From: Jimgerdemannia flammicorona
Lineage: Eukaryota
Length of the DNA stretch: 36,156 nt
Assembly: GCA_003990765.1 (NCBI GenBank)
Contig: RBNJ01000228.1
Coordinates: 1 to 36,156 of the forward strand
Direction: 5' to 3'
The translations under genes and the position numbers were made by a program. The notes beneath the pieces were generated by a model. The model ran no database searches. It was not told the DNA's origin and saw nothing but the letters and a program-made list of their open reading frames with translations. This document shows positions 25,454 to 36,156 of the stretch, one piece after another (within the stretch, counting starts at the first letter, position 1; each line of letters opens with the position of its first letter).

Positions 25454-27526
25454 TGTAAGTGCACAACCTCCAAGCCACCAAAATTACATATCACCCTCTG
25501 AACAAGCCACCGAAATTACACGTGACCTCTGAACAAATCTGGAAATCACCTGCTTGATCATGAAGCTGAGTCAAACCAAAGTCACAGTGCATAAAGCTGA
25601 GTCAATATGAAGTTACAGAACACAAGATTTATACAAACGGAATCTTATCAATCAGGACCAAATGCATATATACTGAGCACCGAGACGCGGCGAATCAGAA
25701 AACCAAAAAAAACAACAACCACAACTTCCAAACACACAAACATGACCACTGAGATCTACAACTGTATCTGCGCTGACATTTGGAATACCATTGTCAACCG
25801 AGCCACACCACCTCTGTCTCTCATGAATATCCATAGCCTGGTACCCCTCTACTTTGTGGAAGCCCGATGGAATGCCCTGAACATACTTAGCGAGACCTAC
25901 TGAATCAGACAAATCTCAAGCTACTACTAGATTGGCCACCTCCTGGAAGACATGGTCGAACACCACCATGATACAGACATCACCCAGATGTCTCAACACC
26001 AGAAGCTCATTGCCCGCAAACATCGAGAACTCTTCTATGAGTACAACACCTTTATTCCCCGCCTCTGAGTCACTACCAGCGAAATGGTTGCTACCCTATC
26101 CTATGGCCAAATCGATGATATGATACAAGAACTCAATCACAAGTACCTCGAGTATGTCGAAACCACAGACAGAACCTTCTCACACCCCAATGATCATATC
26201 CTACAAATGCCCCAAGTTGGATACACCATGAAGGACATCTACAATATAATCCACTTCGATGAAGATGAAGCAGAAGACAATAATCCCTCTGATACTGATA
26301 TGACCTCTAGCCAAGGATCTCTGCCAACCCTGATCACTCCGCTAACCTTCCCGATGAATTTACAATAGTTCATAACTACATACAAGACTTATTGGGATAA
26401 TGACCCCTGGTATGAATACCAACTTGCATTCACCCCCGATTACTTCAACTACAATGAAGAGACTGAAGAACACAACCTGTACCTCCAGACAACCCTCGAG
26501 ATAGAACCAACAACCCCACCACCTAAGTATGAGTGACATGAACCACAGCTGCCAGCTTACTACAACTCTGCGACTCATAGTGCTGTAACCTATAGAAGAT
26601 ATACAGATAGCGAATCCGATGAAAGTGAAGACAATACACCCATCCTTCGCCCACCAACACCTTATCCAGTATACAAAACAGACGATGCTATCCTGTGGGA
26701 TGGAGATGAAGCTCCAATGTATTACTACCTCAGCCAACAAGGAGAAGTAATCCGCGAACCACTCTTCCTAGATGACTACTTCATCAGAGATGATGCAATC
26801 AATGGTGATGTCATTGAAGACTACCCAGATAGTGCCTAAACCTATAAATAGTCTAGCAGTCATAAGTATAGATAGATTAGCCTTGTATGATGTGACTGTG
26901 AACTAACTCAGTAGTCAGACGATCTCTTGACATATCAGATCACACTTGTACGACGTGACTGCATTCGGACTCAGCGAGGCACTTAATGCTATATCCATAT
27001 TCAGTATAGTCCAGATAGCCCCTCACTAGTATAAATACCCCCTCCCCCAGACCTCAGAATCTCAGACTTAAACAGACTTGAACACACAAGAACATTCCTG
27101 AATACTTCCCCACAATACCCCTTTACACAAATACTCCTAGTATAGCAATATCATGAATAGCAAATAAACCTATTCCATAACCCACAAACCACTTTTAAGT
27201 AAATCCACTCTCTGTTAGGTCCTACTCCTAACCCCATCACAAAATTTCCTAATTGGGTATTGTCTGCAGCGATACACCAATTCAACTAAGCTGGTCTTAG
27301 TTTCTTGAACTTTCTGAAATACAGAAAATCCTGAACATCCAGAACTAGTCCGGAAAAGAACTTTGGTTGAGACATCAACCCAATCTTGAAATCAATAAGT
27401 GTAGAGGACGTACTCCATATGAAATTGATCTTGACCATAAGAAAACGGTCTTCCAGAATATCCAGAACTTCCAGAAAACCCTTCCAGAACTACATAACAG
27501 TTACCCTAAAAAGCAACCCTCTTACA
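25454..27526 (+). repeat. 5' LTR (2073 bp)
   Basis: Direct repeat of 34041-36111; TATAAATA 27030-27037; AATAAA 27163-27168. Confidence 0.97.
25742..26839 (+). pseudogene. LTR (U3)-encoded ORF, 365 codons, unknown function (5' LTR copy)
   Basis: ATG MTTEIYN... to ...IEDYPDSA*; single frame with no indels; most stops are sense codons in other copies. Confidence 0.75.
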
Positions 27527-27529
27527 ACT

Positions 27530-27538
27530 TGGTAGCAG
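27530..27538 (+). promoter_or_regulatory. Primer-binding site, initiator tRNA-Met type
   Basis: TGGTAGCAG 3 nt after the 5' LTR, complementary to a ...CUGCUACCA tRNA 3' end. Confidence 0.75.
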
Positions 27539-27559
27539 CAGTTTACAATCCAATTCCAC

Positions 27560-29500
27560 TTCAAGATGCTTCCTCACCCCGCTACAAACCCTTCTGTGAA
27601 TTCCTACAAGTTGGTATAGAGCTCAACCTCTGAACTGGAATTAATCCTGAACCATCTGACAATCTGGAGAGAATTGAACCTGACGTACAAGGACAATTTG
27701 ACCTCCACACCTGCAACAAGTGGGACAAACTTCATTCTAAGAAAGAAGTACTCTGGTTAAACCAGCAAATAGGCGAAACCCTATTCACCGAACTCCTTGC
27801 ACTACACCCAGCAAGTCAAGATGAAGAAGGTCTTATTGAAGTCTTCTTTACCCTTCTCAACAAGAGTTTTGTCAGCTCCACAAATCCAAGCGACCTAGGA
27901 TAACCAGCAGCAGTCTTTCTAGCCTTAGTCCCTCACGAAGCCCAAGCCTCTGTAGCCAAGTGGCTTAACTCTACCAACTTTCACCGCACCAGGACCAAGA
28001 CCGCCTTATACTACCGATTTCAGAACAGCAAGGCCTGCCATATTCTTAAGGAAGAAGTAAGAGAAACTCTTCACCAACTATCTGACCCCGAACCTGAAGC
28101 AGGCCCTACTACAGCCCTACCTGAATCTGAAACCAATACCGAACCTGAACTTGACTTTGAATTAAGTCCATCTGAAATCAGATATACAACTGATTCTGTC
28201 TACTTTGACGCCAAGCAAACCCAATTACACGGGGACCAAACCGAAGAAGAGGAGGAGTATTTCACTGAATTCGATCCCGGATACACCACTGAAGGAGACA
28301 CATGCCCATCAGGACAGAATACACCTACACAGCAACAAACAGTTATCTATCAAGCCCTCACTCCAGACCCACAACTACTACTCCAGCAACTTACACAGAC
28401 CCAAAGAACCCCATCACACTCTGCACCAGTACCTCAAGTAGTACCAGTAACACTACTATCAGCAGTCCAACTACCTCCAGCAATCAACATGGCAAACCAA
28501 TAGATTCTTGATCTCACAGCCCAAGTAGCTATAATAGCAGCAACCATTACTGCCTTAGCCAAACAGACCCGACCTACCAAAAATCTGAGCCTACCTACCT
28601 TCAATAGTACTGCACAAGAAGTCCAAAGCTTCATTAGTGTAGTTGACACTAACTTCGAAGCCAATCAATGGACTAATGAGCGAGTCGCTGACTGTTCTGA
28701 CAAACAATCAAGACCACACTCTGGAACAACTCTTTGCTACCACTACAGCCTATGTCCGCTGAGTTGTTACATTCTTCCAAGGACCTGCTGAAGAATGGTG
28801 GCAAACTCTTCCTAAAAAACCCCTCACATAGGATACCCAACCTGCAGTAGTTGCTCAGAATGCAGCAAATAATGCCCCAGGATATGGAGCCCATTCTGCA
28901 GCCCCTGGACTCAAATAACTCATGATTGCTCAATATCGCAGCGAAACCATGATTGCCAAATCTCGAGTAAAACTCTGCAACCTCAAATTTGATGTATATG
29001 GCAAAGAAGAATTTGAAACCTTTTGTACAAAACTTGAGTCACTCCTGAACACTGTTGACCTAGGATACATCACCAATGATGAAGCATGAAATGGTACAAG
29101 AGCAGACCATTTATTCGATGCCCTGCCTGAATGGCTTACTAGAAAAATCTGAGAACAAGGCCGCCCAGTTGGTTGTGATCACCAACAATAGTGTCTGGCA
29201 AGAATCAAGACCATGATCAAGCAAATCCTAACAGCTGGACCAATTCTGCCCTGAAGACAATTCAACAACAAGGAAAAGACTTGGACCAAGAAAGAAGAAC
29301 CCAAGCATGAAGTATCTCGAGCTCCCTCCACATCCACCTCTTGGACACCCAGAAATCATGAACCCACCCAGCCAAGTACCTTCAAGAAACTTACTGAAGG
29401 CGAAAGAAATAAACTTCAAAGAAGCGGAGCATGCTTCTATTGCCGAAAGACAGGACACATGGCCAGTGCCTGCCCCAACCGAAAACTCCAAACAGCAACA
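27560..29500 (+). pseudogene. gag: Gag with a long N-terminal extension and CCHC zinc knuckle
   Basis: LPTFNS..QEVQSFI and FFQGPAEEWW capsid-like motifs; CFYCRKTGHMASAC at ~29430-29472; frameshift ~28695 and several C>T stops. Confidence 0.85.
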
Positions 29501-29554
29501 TGAGCAACTGTTACCACTCTGCACCATCTCAACAACCTGACCACCAGAATACTA

Positions 29555-29960
29555 GACTTTGTCAAGTTGAGACAAACTGCTAAGGCCCCAACCAAAGAAA
29601 GTCAAAAAGCAGCTGGATATGATCTGTATGCAGCTGAAGAAGCTACAGTTTCCAACCGAGAAGTCAAACAAGTCTATACAGGAATCAGTATCCAAATTCC
29701 TGAAGGACATGTTGGAAGAATATGCTGTCGCAGCAGCCTATCATTGAAAGAACTCTCAGTAGAAGGCAAAGTCATTGACGAGGATTACACAGGCGAAATT
29801 ATTGTCCTCATCCGAAACCATAGTTGGACACCCTTCAAGATCTCTATTGGTTTCTGCATTGCTCAGATCCTATTCAAAAAAATCGAGTCAACCCTGACAG
29901 TCAAGGAAGTCCCTGAACTACTGTCCACCATCTGAGGATCCAAAGGATTTGGCTCATCAA
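29555..29960 (+). pseudogene. dut: dUTPase domain in frame between nucleocapsid and protease
   Basis: All five trimeric dUTPase motifs: AGYDL, RSSL, VIDEDYTGEI, IAQIL and (TGA=R)GSKGFGSS. Confidence 0.95.
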
Positions 29961-30169
29961 ACAAGGCCCCAGCCCAACCTACCATGAGCAAGGAAAAACA
30001 ATTCTACAAGAAGATTGAAGATGGATATGTACCAAGTGGCCAATACCCTCATAGCATTGGAATGTACTCTTCCTGAATGATTGATAATTGCTTCTCTTGT
30101 GTCAGCGAACTGGCTCAAAGAAGAACCAACAGAAGAAAGACTCCTATAACTGAAATCACCAGCATTGGA

Positions 30170-33100
30170 TCAGACAAACTGCTCACTCTTAAGGCTTTTG
30201 TCAACGGAGCACCTGTCAAGATTATGATAGATAGTGGTGCCTCAGGCAACTTCATCAATAAAGAAACAGCCAACAGACTCAAGGTCTTCACCTCTCCAGT
30301 ACAGCAAACTCAAGCAGTTGCTACAGCTGATGGAACCTCACATGTTATTAGCAAAGAAGTCCGCAATCTACCCTTCCGAATTGGCGACTACCAAGTACAT
30401 GTTACCCTCCAAATCGTACCACTTCCTGACAATGAAATCATCCTTGGGACTCTATGGTTAAAACAAAAGAACCCTATGATTGATTGGGTAAACCATTCCC
30501 TGACCATCAAGAAAGGACGCCACAACTTCAAACTATAAGGCGAAAAGGACCCACTCAACCCTAGTGACCCTAGACCAAAGATCATCCACATTAACAAGCT
30601 ACAACTCAAGAAATTGGCCAAGAAATGCCCTCTCTTTGCCATCTCCATCTGTCCATCCAAAGGAGAACCTGAGAACTCTGAAGAAGACTTTTCCAAAGTT
30701 GACAGCCATGTCAGACCACTACTCCAGAAATTCCAAGACATATTCCCAAAGAAGCTTCCGAAAGGCCTACCTCCCAAACGAGCAGTAGACCATGCAATCA
30801 AGACTATCCCAGATGCCAAACCAGCCTTCAAGTCAATCTACTACATGTCTCCAAGAGAATTGATGCACTCAAGAAGGAAATTGACGAACTCCTAGAACAA
30901 GGATTCATCAGACCCAGCATATCACCCTATGGTGTATCAGTCCTCTTTGTTGTCAAGAAAGGAGGAGACCTGCAAATGTGCATTAACTACTGCGATCTCA
31001 ATGAACAGACTATCAAGAACTGTTGCCCACTATCGAGGATTGATGAAATATTTGATAGACTTACCAATTTACAATTCATGAGCTCCTTTGACCTGCGAAA
31101 TGGTTACTGGCAAATTGTCATGAAAGAAGAAGACATCTACAAGACAGCTTTCTGAACTCGCTATGGACATTTTGAGTTCCTGGTTATGCCCTTTGGCTTA
31201 ACTAATGCTCCAGCAACCTTCCAGACACTGATGAATACCATTCTGCATCCATACCTGGACAAATTCGTTGTTATCTACATTGATGACATCCTAGTCTTTA
31301 GCAAAACTCTGGAGGAACATCTTGAACACCTTGAACTAGTACTACTGAAACTCCGAGAAAACTGACTCTTTGCAAAACTCAGTAAGTATGAATTCCTCCT
31401 GAAAGAAATTCAGTTCCTTGGATACATTGTTACTCCAAATGGAATCAAAGTAGACCCCAGCAAAATCTCTGCAATCAAGGATTGGCCCAGACCCAAGAAG
31501 CTGAAAGACCTCCAGTCATTCCTGGGATTAGCAAACTATTACAGGCGATTTGTTACCAACTTTGCTAAAATAGCTACTCCCCTCACCCAAATGACCAAGC
31601 ACAGCAAGAAACAAGAACAACTCTAGACCATGAAACAAGAGAAAGACTTCAACAATCTTGTAAATTGGGGACACAAGCAAGATACCGCCTTTCAAGCACT
31701 GAAAGATGCCCTGATAACTACCCCAGTACTTCAAGCAGCAAACCCTGCCCTACCATATGAAGTCACTACTAATACCTCTGACCTAGCTCTTGGAGCAGTG
31801 CTCATGCAAGAAGGACACTCTGTGGCCTATCACTCCCACAAGTTCAATGATGCCGAAATCAACTACACAACTCACGAGAAGGAAATGCTAGCCATTGTAG
31901 ACACTCTGATCAAATGGCAACCATATCTAGAAGGAGCACACTTCACTATATTGACTGACCATAAGTCATTAGTCAACATCAAGACACAGGCTACCCTTTC
32001 TCAAAAGCAAGCCAGATGGATGAAAGTTCTCACCAATTTTGACTATGAAATCCAGTATCGCCCTGGCAAAGAAAACATTGTTGCCGATGTAATCTCCAGA
32101 CCACCCATTGAAGAAGTCATCCAAACTCTCACTTTGGTTACAAACTCCATCATGGAACAAATTATCACAGTATGTGCTGATGATAAAGAAGCTCAAGCAC
32201 TCCGAGAAATCCTGAACAATGATGATACTGACAAGCATACCTGGTACAATCAATACCAACTCAAGGATAATGCTATCTACTACAAGGACAGACTATATGT
32301 CCCAAACAACCAAGACCTCCGAAGGACTATCCTATTTGAATGTTATGATGCCCCTACAGCTGGACATTTAGGATTTGATAAATATTATGAAGTTATCTCC
32401 TGAAACTTCTATTGGCCCTGCATGGCAGATTAACTCAAAACTTACATTACTTCCTGTGATGCCTGCCAATGAAACAAGTCCTCAACACTAGCAAAACCCG
32501 GCTTACTCCACTCTATTCCAGTACCATCCGCAAATTGGGAACAAATCTCTATGGACTTCATTGTACAACTACCCCAAACCAAGAACAGGAAAGATGCAAT
32601 TGTTGTCTTTGTAGACTATCTCAGCAAACAAGCCCACTTTGTGCCTACTACCACTACTGCAATAGCACCAGACATAGCCACACTTTTGTTTGACAACATC
32701 TTCCACTATCATGGTCTTCCCAAGATCATTGTTAGTGACCGAGATCCGAAATTCACCAGCCACTTTTGGAAAGCCCTCTATGCACACCTTGGAATGAAAC
32801 TTGCACTATCCATGGCCTTTCACCCTGAAACTGATGGCCAAACCGAAAGAATGAACCGAACTCTGGAACAAATGCTAAGGAACTATGTCTCCTACAGACA
32901 AGATGATTGGCATGAACATCTCACCGCAGTCGAGTTTGCCTATAACAATAGCAAGCAAGCCTCTCTTGGAATAACCCCATTCTTCACTAATACTGGACAA
33001 AACCCAAACACCCCTTTGATACTTATCTGAACTACTGATGAACCCTCCACAGTCGAAGCTGTTGAAGAATTCCTACTCCGAATGTGCAATCTAAGCCAGA

Positions 33101-33618
33101 TTGCAATTGAGAATTTATCACAAGCTCAAGAACAACAGTCACAGTATGTTAACCAACACCGCCGAGAAGAAACTTTTGATATTGGAGAAAAAGTCCTACT
33201 AGACATCAGAGGATACCGAGTTGACAACCTCAAGCACAAACTATCTACTAAGCTGAACAGTAAGTTCATTAGACCATTTGAAGTCATTGCACAAGTCTCT
33301 CCAACTGCCTATAAACTGGCGCTACTGGACACCATTAAGATTCACCCAGTCTTTAATGTTCAATGTCTCAAGTGATACAATGAGAATAATGACGAGCTAT
33401 TCTCCAACTGGACCACTAAACCACCTGCACCTATCATCATTAATGACCAAGAAGAGTATAAAGTTGAACAAATCCTCAACAAATGTAGCAACAAGAACCA
33501 TCCCGAGTACCTTATCAAATGGAAAGGTTACCCAATCCACGATGCAACCTGGGAACCCAAGACCAATCTTCAGAATACTACCGATCTAGTTCAGGAATAC
33601 GATTCCTTGAATAACTAG
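30170..33618 (+). pseudogene. pol: Pol: aspartic protease, RT, RNase H, integrase, chromodomain
   Basis: IMIDSGASGNF and [26 protein letters not shown] at 31276; NYTTHEKEMLAIV and TDHKSL; GHLG..CDACQ, SMDFI, VSDRDPKF, QTERMNR; chromodomain EEYKVEQIL...[17 protein letters not shown]; 1-nt frameshift ~30862 and several stops. Confidence 0.97.
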
Positions 33619-34026
33619 AACCAAATACTCTGCACCTACCCGTACACTATATTTTATCCTCCCAAACATTATAATTATTGTGAACCAAACCAAAAACTCA
33701 GCAAAACAAGACAAGAATACTGAATCTCTGGAAAAATAGCAAAACTGAAAGCAAGCCTATTCTCCCTGTACCACTGGTGGGAAACAAGGTGTAGACATTT
33801 AAGAAGATTCCTTAGAGGAAATTCTCCAGCAGTGAATGACGTCAGAATTACTTCTGGCGCACAGTATTAAATACACAACCCTTTAACATGTGAATCCAAT
33901 GCATTAGGCAACTGTACTACGAGCATGCCACTTTCTGAGAAAATGGACCTTACCAGACTTTTGATCTCTCAAATGGTATAACAACACTAGAACAAATTAG
34001 AAGGCCTGACAAGGATGTCGAAAGCT

Positions 34027-34039
34027 AAGAAGGGGAGAG
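34027..34039 (+). promoter_or_regulatory. Polypurine tract
   Basis: AAGAAGGGGAGAG 1 nt before the 3' LTR. Confidence 0.9.
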
Positions 34040-34040
34040 T

Positions 34041-36111
34041 TGTAAGCGCACAACCTCCAAGCCACCGAAATTACACGTCACCCTCTGAACAAGCCACCGA
34101 AATTACACGTGACCTCTGAACAAATCTGGAAATCACCTGCTTGATCACGAAGCTAAGTCAAACCGAAGTCACAGCGCACAAAGCTGAGTTAATACGAAGT
34201 CACAGAACACAAGATTTACACAAACGGAATCTTACCAATCAGGACCAAATGCATATACCGAGCACTGAGATGCATCAAATCAGAAAACCAAAACAAACAA
34301 CAACCACAACTTCCAAACATACAAACATGACCACTGAGATCTACAACCGTATCTGCGCTGACATTTGGAATGCTATTGTCAACCAAGCCACACCACCTCT
34401 GCCCCTCATGAATATCTATAGCCTGGCACCCCTCTACTTCGTGGAAGCCTGATGGAATGCCCTGAACATGCTTAGTGAGGCCTACCGAATCAGACAAATC
34501 TCAAGCTACTACCAGATTGGCTGCCTCCTGGAAGATATGGTTGAACACCACCATGATACAGACATCACCCAGATGTCTCAACACCAGAAGCTCATTGTCT
34601 GCAAACATCGAGAACTCTTCTATGAGTACAACATCTTTATTCCCCACCTCTAAGTCACTACCAGCGAAATGGTTGCTACCCTGTCCTATGGCCAAATCGA
34701 TGACATGATACAAGAACTCAATCACAAGTACCTCAAGTATGTCGAAACCACAGACAGAACCTTCCCACACCCCAATGATCATATCCTACAAATGCCCCAA
34801 GTTAGATATGCCATGAAGGACATCTACGATATAATCCACTTCAATGAAGATGAAGCAGAAGACAATGATCCCTCTGACACCAACATGACCTCTAGCCAAG
34901 GATCCCTGCCAACCCTGATCACTCCGCCAACCTTCCCGATGAATTTACAACAGTTCATAACTACATACGAGACTTATTGGGATAACGACCACTGGCATAA
35001 ATACCAATCTGCATTCACTCCTGATTACTTCAACTACAATGAAGAGACCAGAGAACACAACCTGTACCTCCAGACAACCCTTGAGATAGAACCAACAACC
35101 CCACTACCTGAGTATGAGCGACATGAACTACAGCCGCCAGCTTACTACAACCCCATGACTTATAGTGCTGTAACCTATAGAAGGTACACAGATAGCAAAT
35201 CTGATGAAAGTGAAGACAATACACCCATCCTTCGCCCACCAACACCTTATCCAGCATATGAAACAGACGATGCTATCCTGTGGGACAGAGATGAAGTCCC
35301 AATATATTACTACCTCAGCTAACAAGGAGAAGTAATCCGCGAACCACTCTTCCTAGATGACTACTTCATCAGAGATGATGCAATCGATGGTGATGTCATC
35401 GAAGACTACCCAGATAGTGCCTAAACCTATAAATAGTCTAGCAGTCATAAGTATAGATAGATTAGCCTTGAATGATGTGACTGTGAACTGACTCAGCAGT
35501 CAGACGATCTCTTGACATATCAGATCACACTTGTACGACATGACTGCATTCCGACTCAGTGAGGCACTTAGTGCTATATCCATATTCAGCATAGTCCAGA
35601 TAGCCCCTCACTAGTATAAATACCCCCTCCCCCAGATCTCAGAATCTCAGACTTAAACAGACTCGAATACACAAGAACATTCCTGAATACTTCTCCACAA
35701 TACCCCTTCACACAAATACTCCTAGTATAGCAATATCATGAATAGCAAATAAACCTATTCTATAACCCACAAACCACTCTTAAGTAAATCCGCTCTCTGT
35801 TAGGTCCTACTCCTAACCTCATCACGAAATTTTCTAATTGGGTATTGTCTGCAGTGATACACCAATTCAACTAAGCTGGTCTTAGTTTCTTAAACTTCCT
35901 GAAATATGGAAAATCCTGAACATCCAGAACTAGTCTGGAAAAGGACTTTGGTTGAGATGTCAACCCAATCTTGAAATCAATAAGCATAGAGGACATACTC
36001 CATATGAAATTGATCTTGACCATAAGAAAACAGTCTTCCAGAATATCCAGAACTTCCAGAAAACCCTTCCAGAACTATGTAACAGTTACCCTAAAAAGCA
36101 ACCCTCTTACA
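34041..36111 (+). repeat. 3' LTR (2071 bp)
   Basis: TGTAAGCG...CTCTTACA; TATAAATA 35615-35622; AATAAA 35748-35753. Confidence 0.97.
34327..35424 (+). pseudogene. LTR (U3)-encoded ORF, best-preserved copy (3 internal stops)
   Basis: Track ORFs at 34141, 34468 and 34669 are all one frame; stops at 34450, 34651 and 35320. Confidence 0.8.
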
Positions 36112-36122
36112 CTTGCTGAGTT

Positions 36123-36124
<2 letters not shown>

Positions 36125-36156
<32 letters not shown>
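36125..36156. repeat. Poly(T) run to the window end
   Basis: 32 T residues abruptly replacing the expected LTR sequence. Confidence 0.8.

Larger units (their letters stand above)
25454..36111 (+). mobile_element. Full-length decayed Ty3/gypsy chromovirus, 10658 bp
   Basis: TG...CA LTRs 25454-27526 and 34041-36111; perfect TSD CTTGC (25449-25453 / 36112-36116); PBS and PPT; order Gag-dUTPase-PR-RT-RH-IN-chromodomain. Confidence 0.98.

Noticed and set aside
28680..30870. Programmed frameshifts at ~28695 and ~30862
   Set aside because: They fall inside Gag and at the conserved start of RT (ELDALKKEIDEL) with no slippery site; best explained as decay indels.
33619..34326. Pol read-through into the LTR ORF (both are in the same frame)
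   Set aside because: About six stops intervene; any stop is one C>T from a sense codon, and frame identity has a 1-in-3 chance; needs a family consensus.
34327..35424. LTR ORF as an envelope gene
   Set aside because: No signal peptide or transmembrane segment; it is acidic and hydrophilic and lies inside U3.

Overview
Repeat-rich eukaryotic DNA from an early-diverging fungus (Mucoromycota-like, Endogonales-type by gene style; an inference, not a determination). Host genes: IRE1 (minus, 17206-21521) and GPI mannosyltransferase 3/GPI10 (plus, ~21691-23957), head-to-head ~170 bp apart, plus the 5' part of an intron-rich hypothetical gene (minus, 647-2343). The rest is nested mobile DNA, resolved by target-site duplications (TSDs). 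(i) An AT-rich, intronless segment (~2500-16925) whose ORFs read best with TGA=Trp and resemble Mollicutes-related endobacterium (MRE) genes; it contains a DDE transposase pseudogene. (ii) Two solo LTRs inserted into that transposase in opposite orientation, 39 bp apart. (iii) A 6.5-kb hAT transposon (TIRs, 8-bp TSD) inserted into the second solo LTR; besides its transposase it carries a convergent, spliced gene with a TET/JBP-like HxD dioxygenase signature and a GC-rich repeat array. (iv) A full-length but decayed 10.66-kb Ty3/gypsy chromovirus (25454-36111) with 2.07-kb LTRs carrying a 365-codon reading frame in U3, and a dUTPase between the Gag zinc knuckle and protease. Repeats show heavy CpG and CpA C>T decay. 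Best novelty candidates: the TET-like cargo in a hAT element, the protein-coding LTR plus dUTPase retroelement, and the nuclear MRE-like insert. Family assignments come from motif recognition by eye, not database searches.
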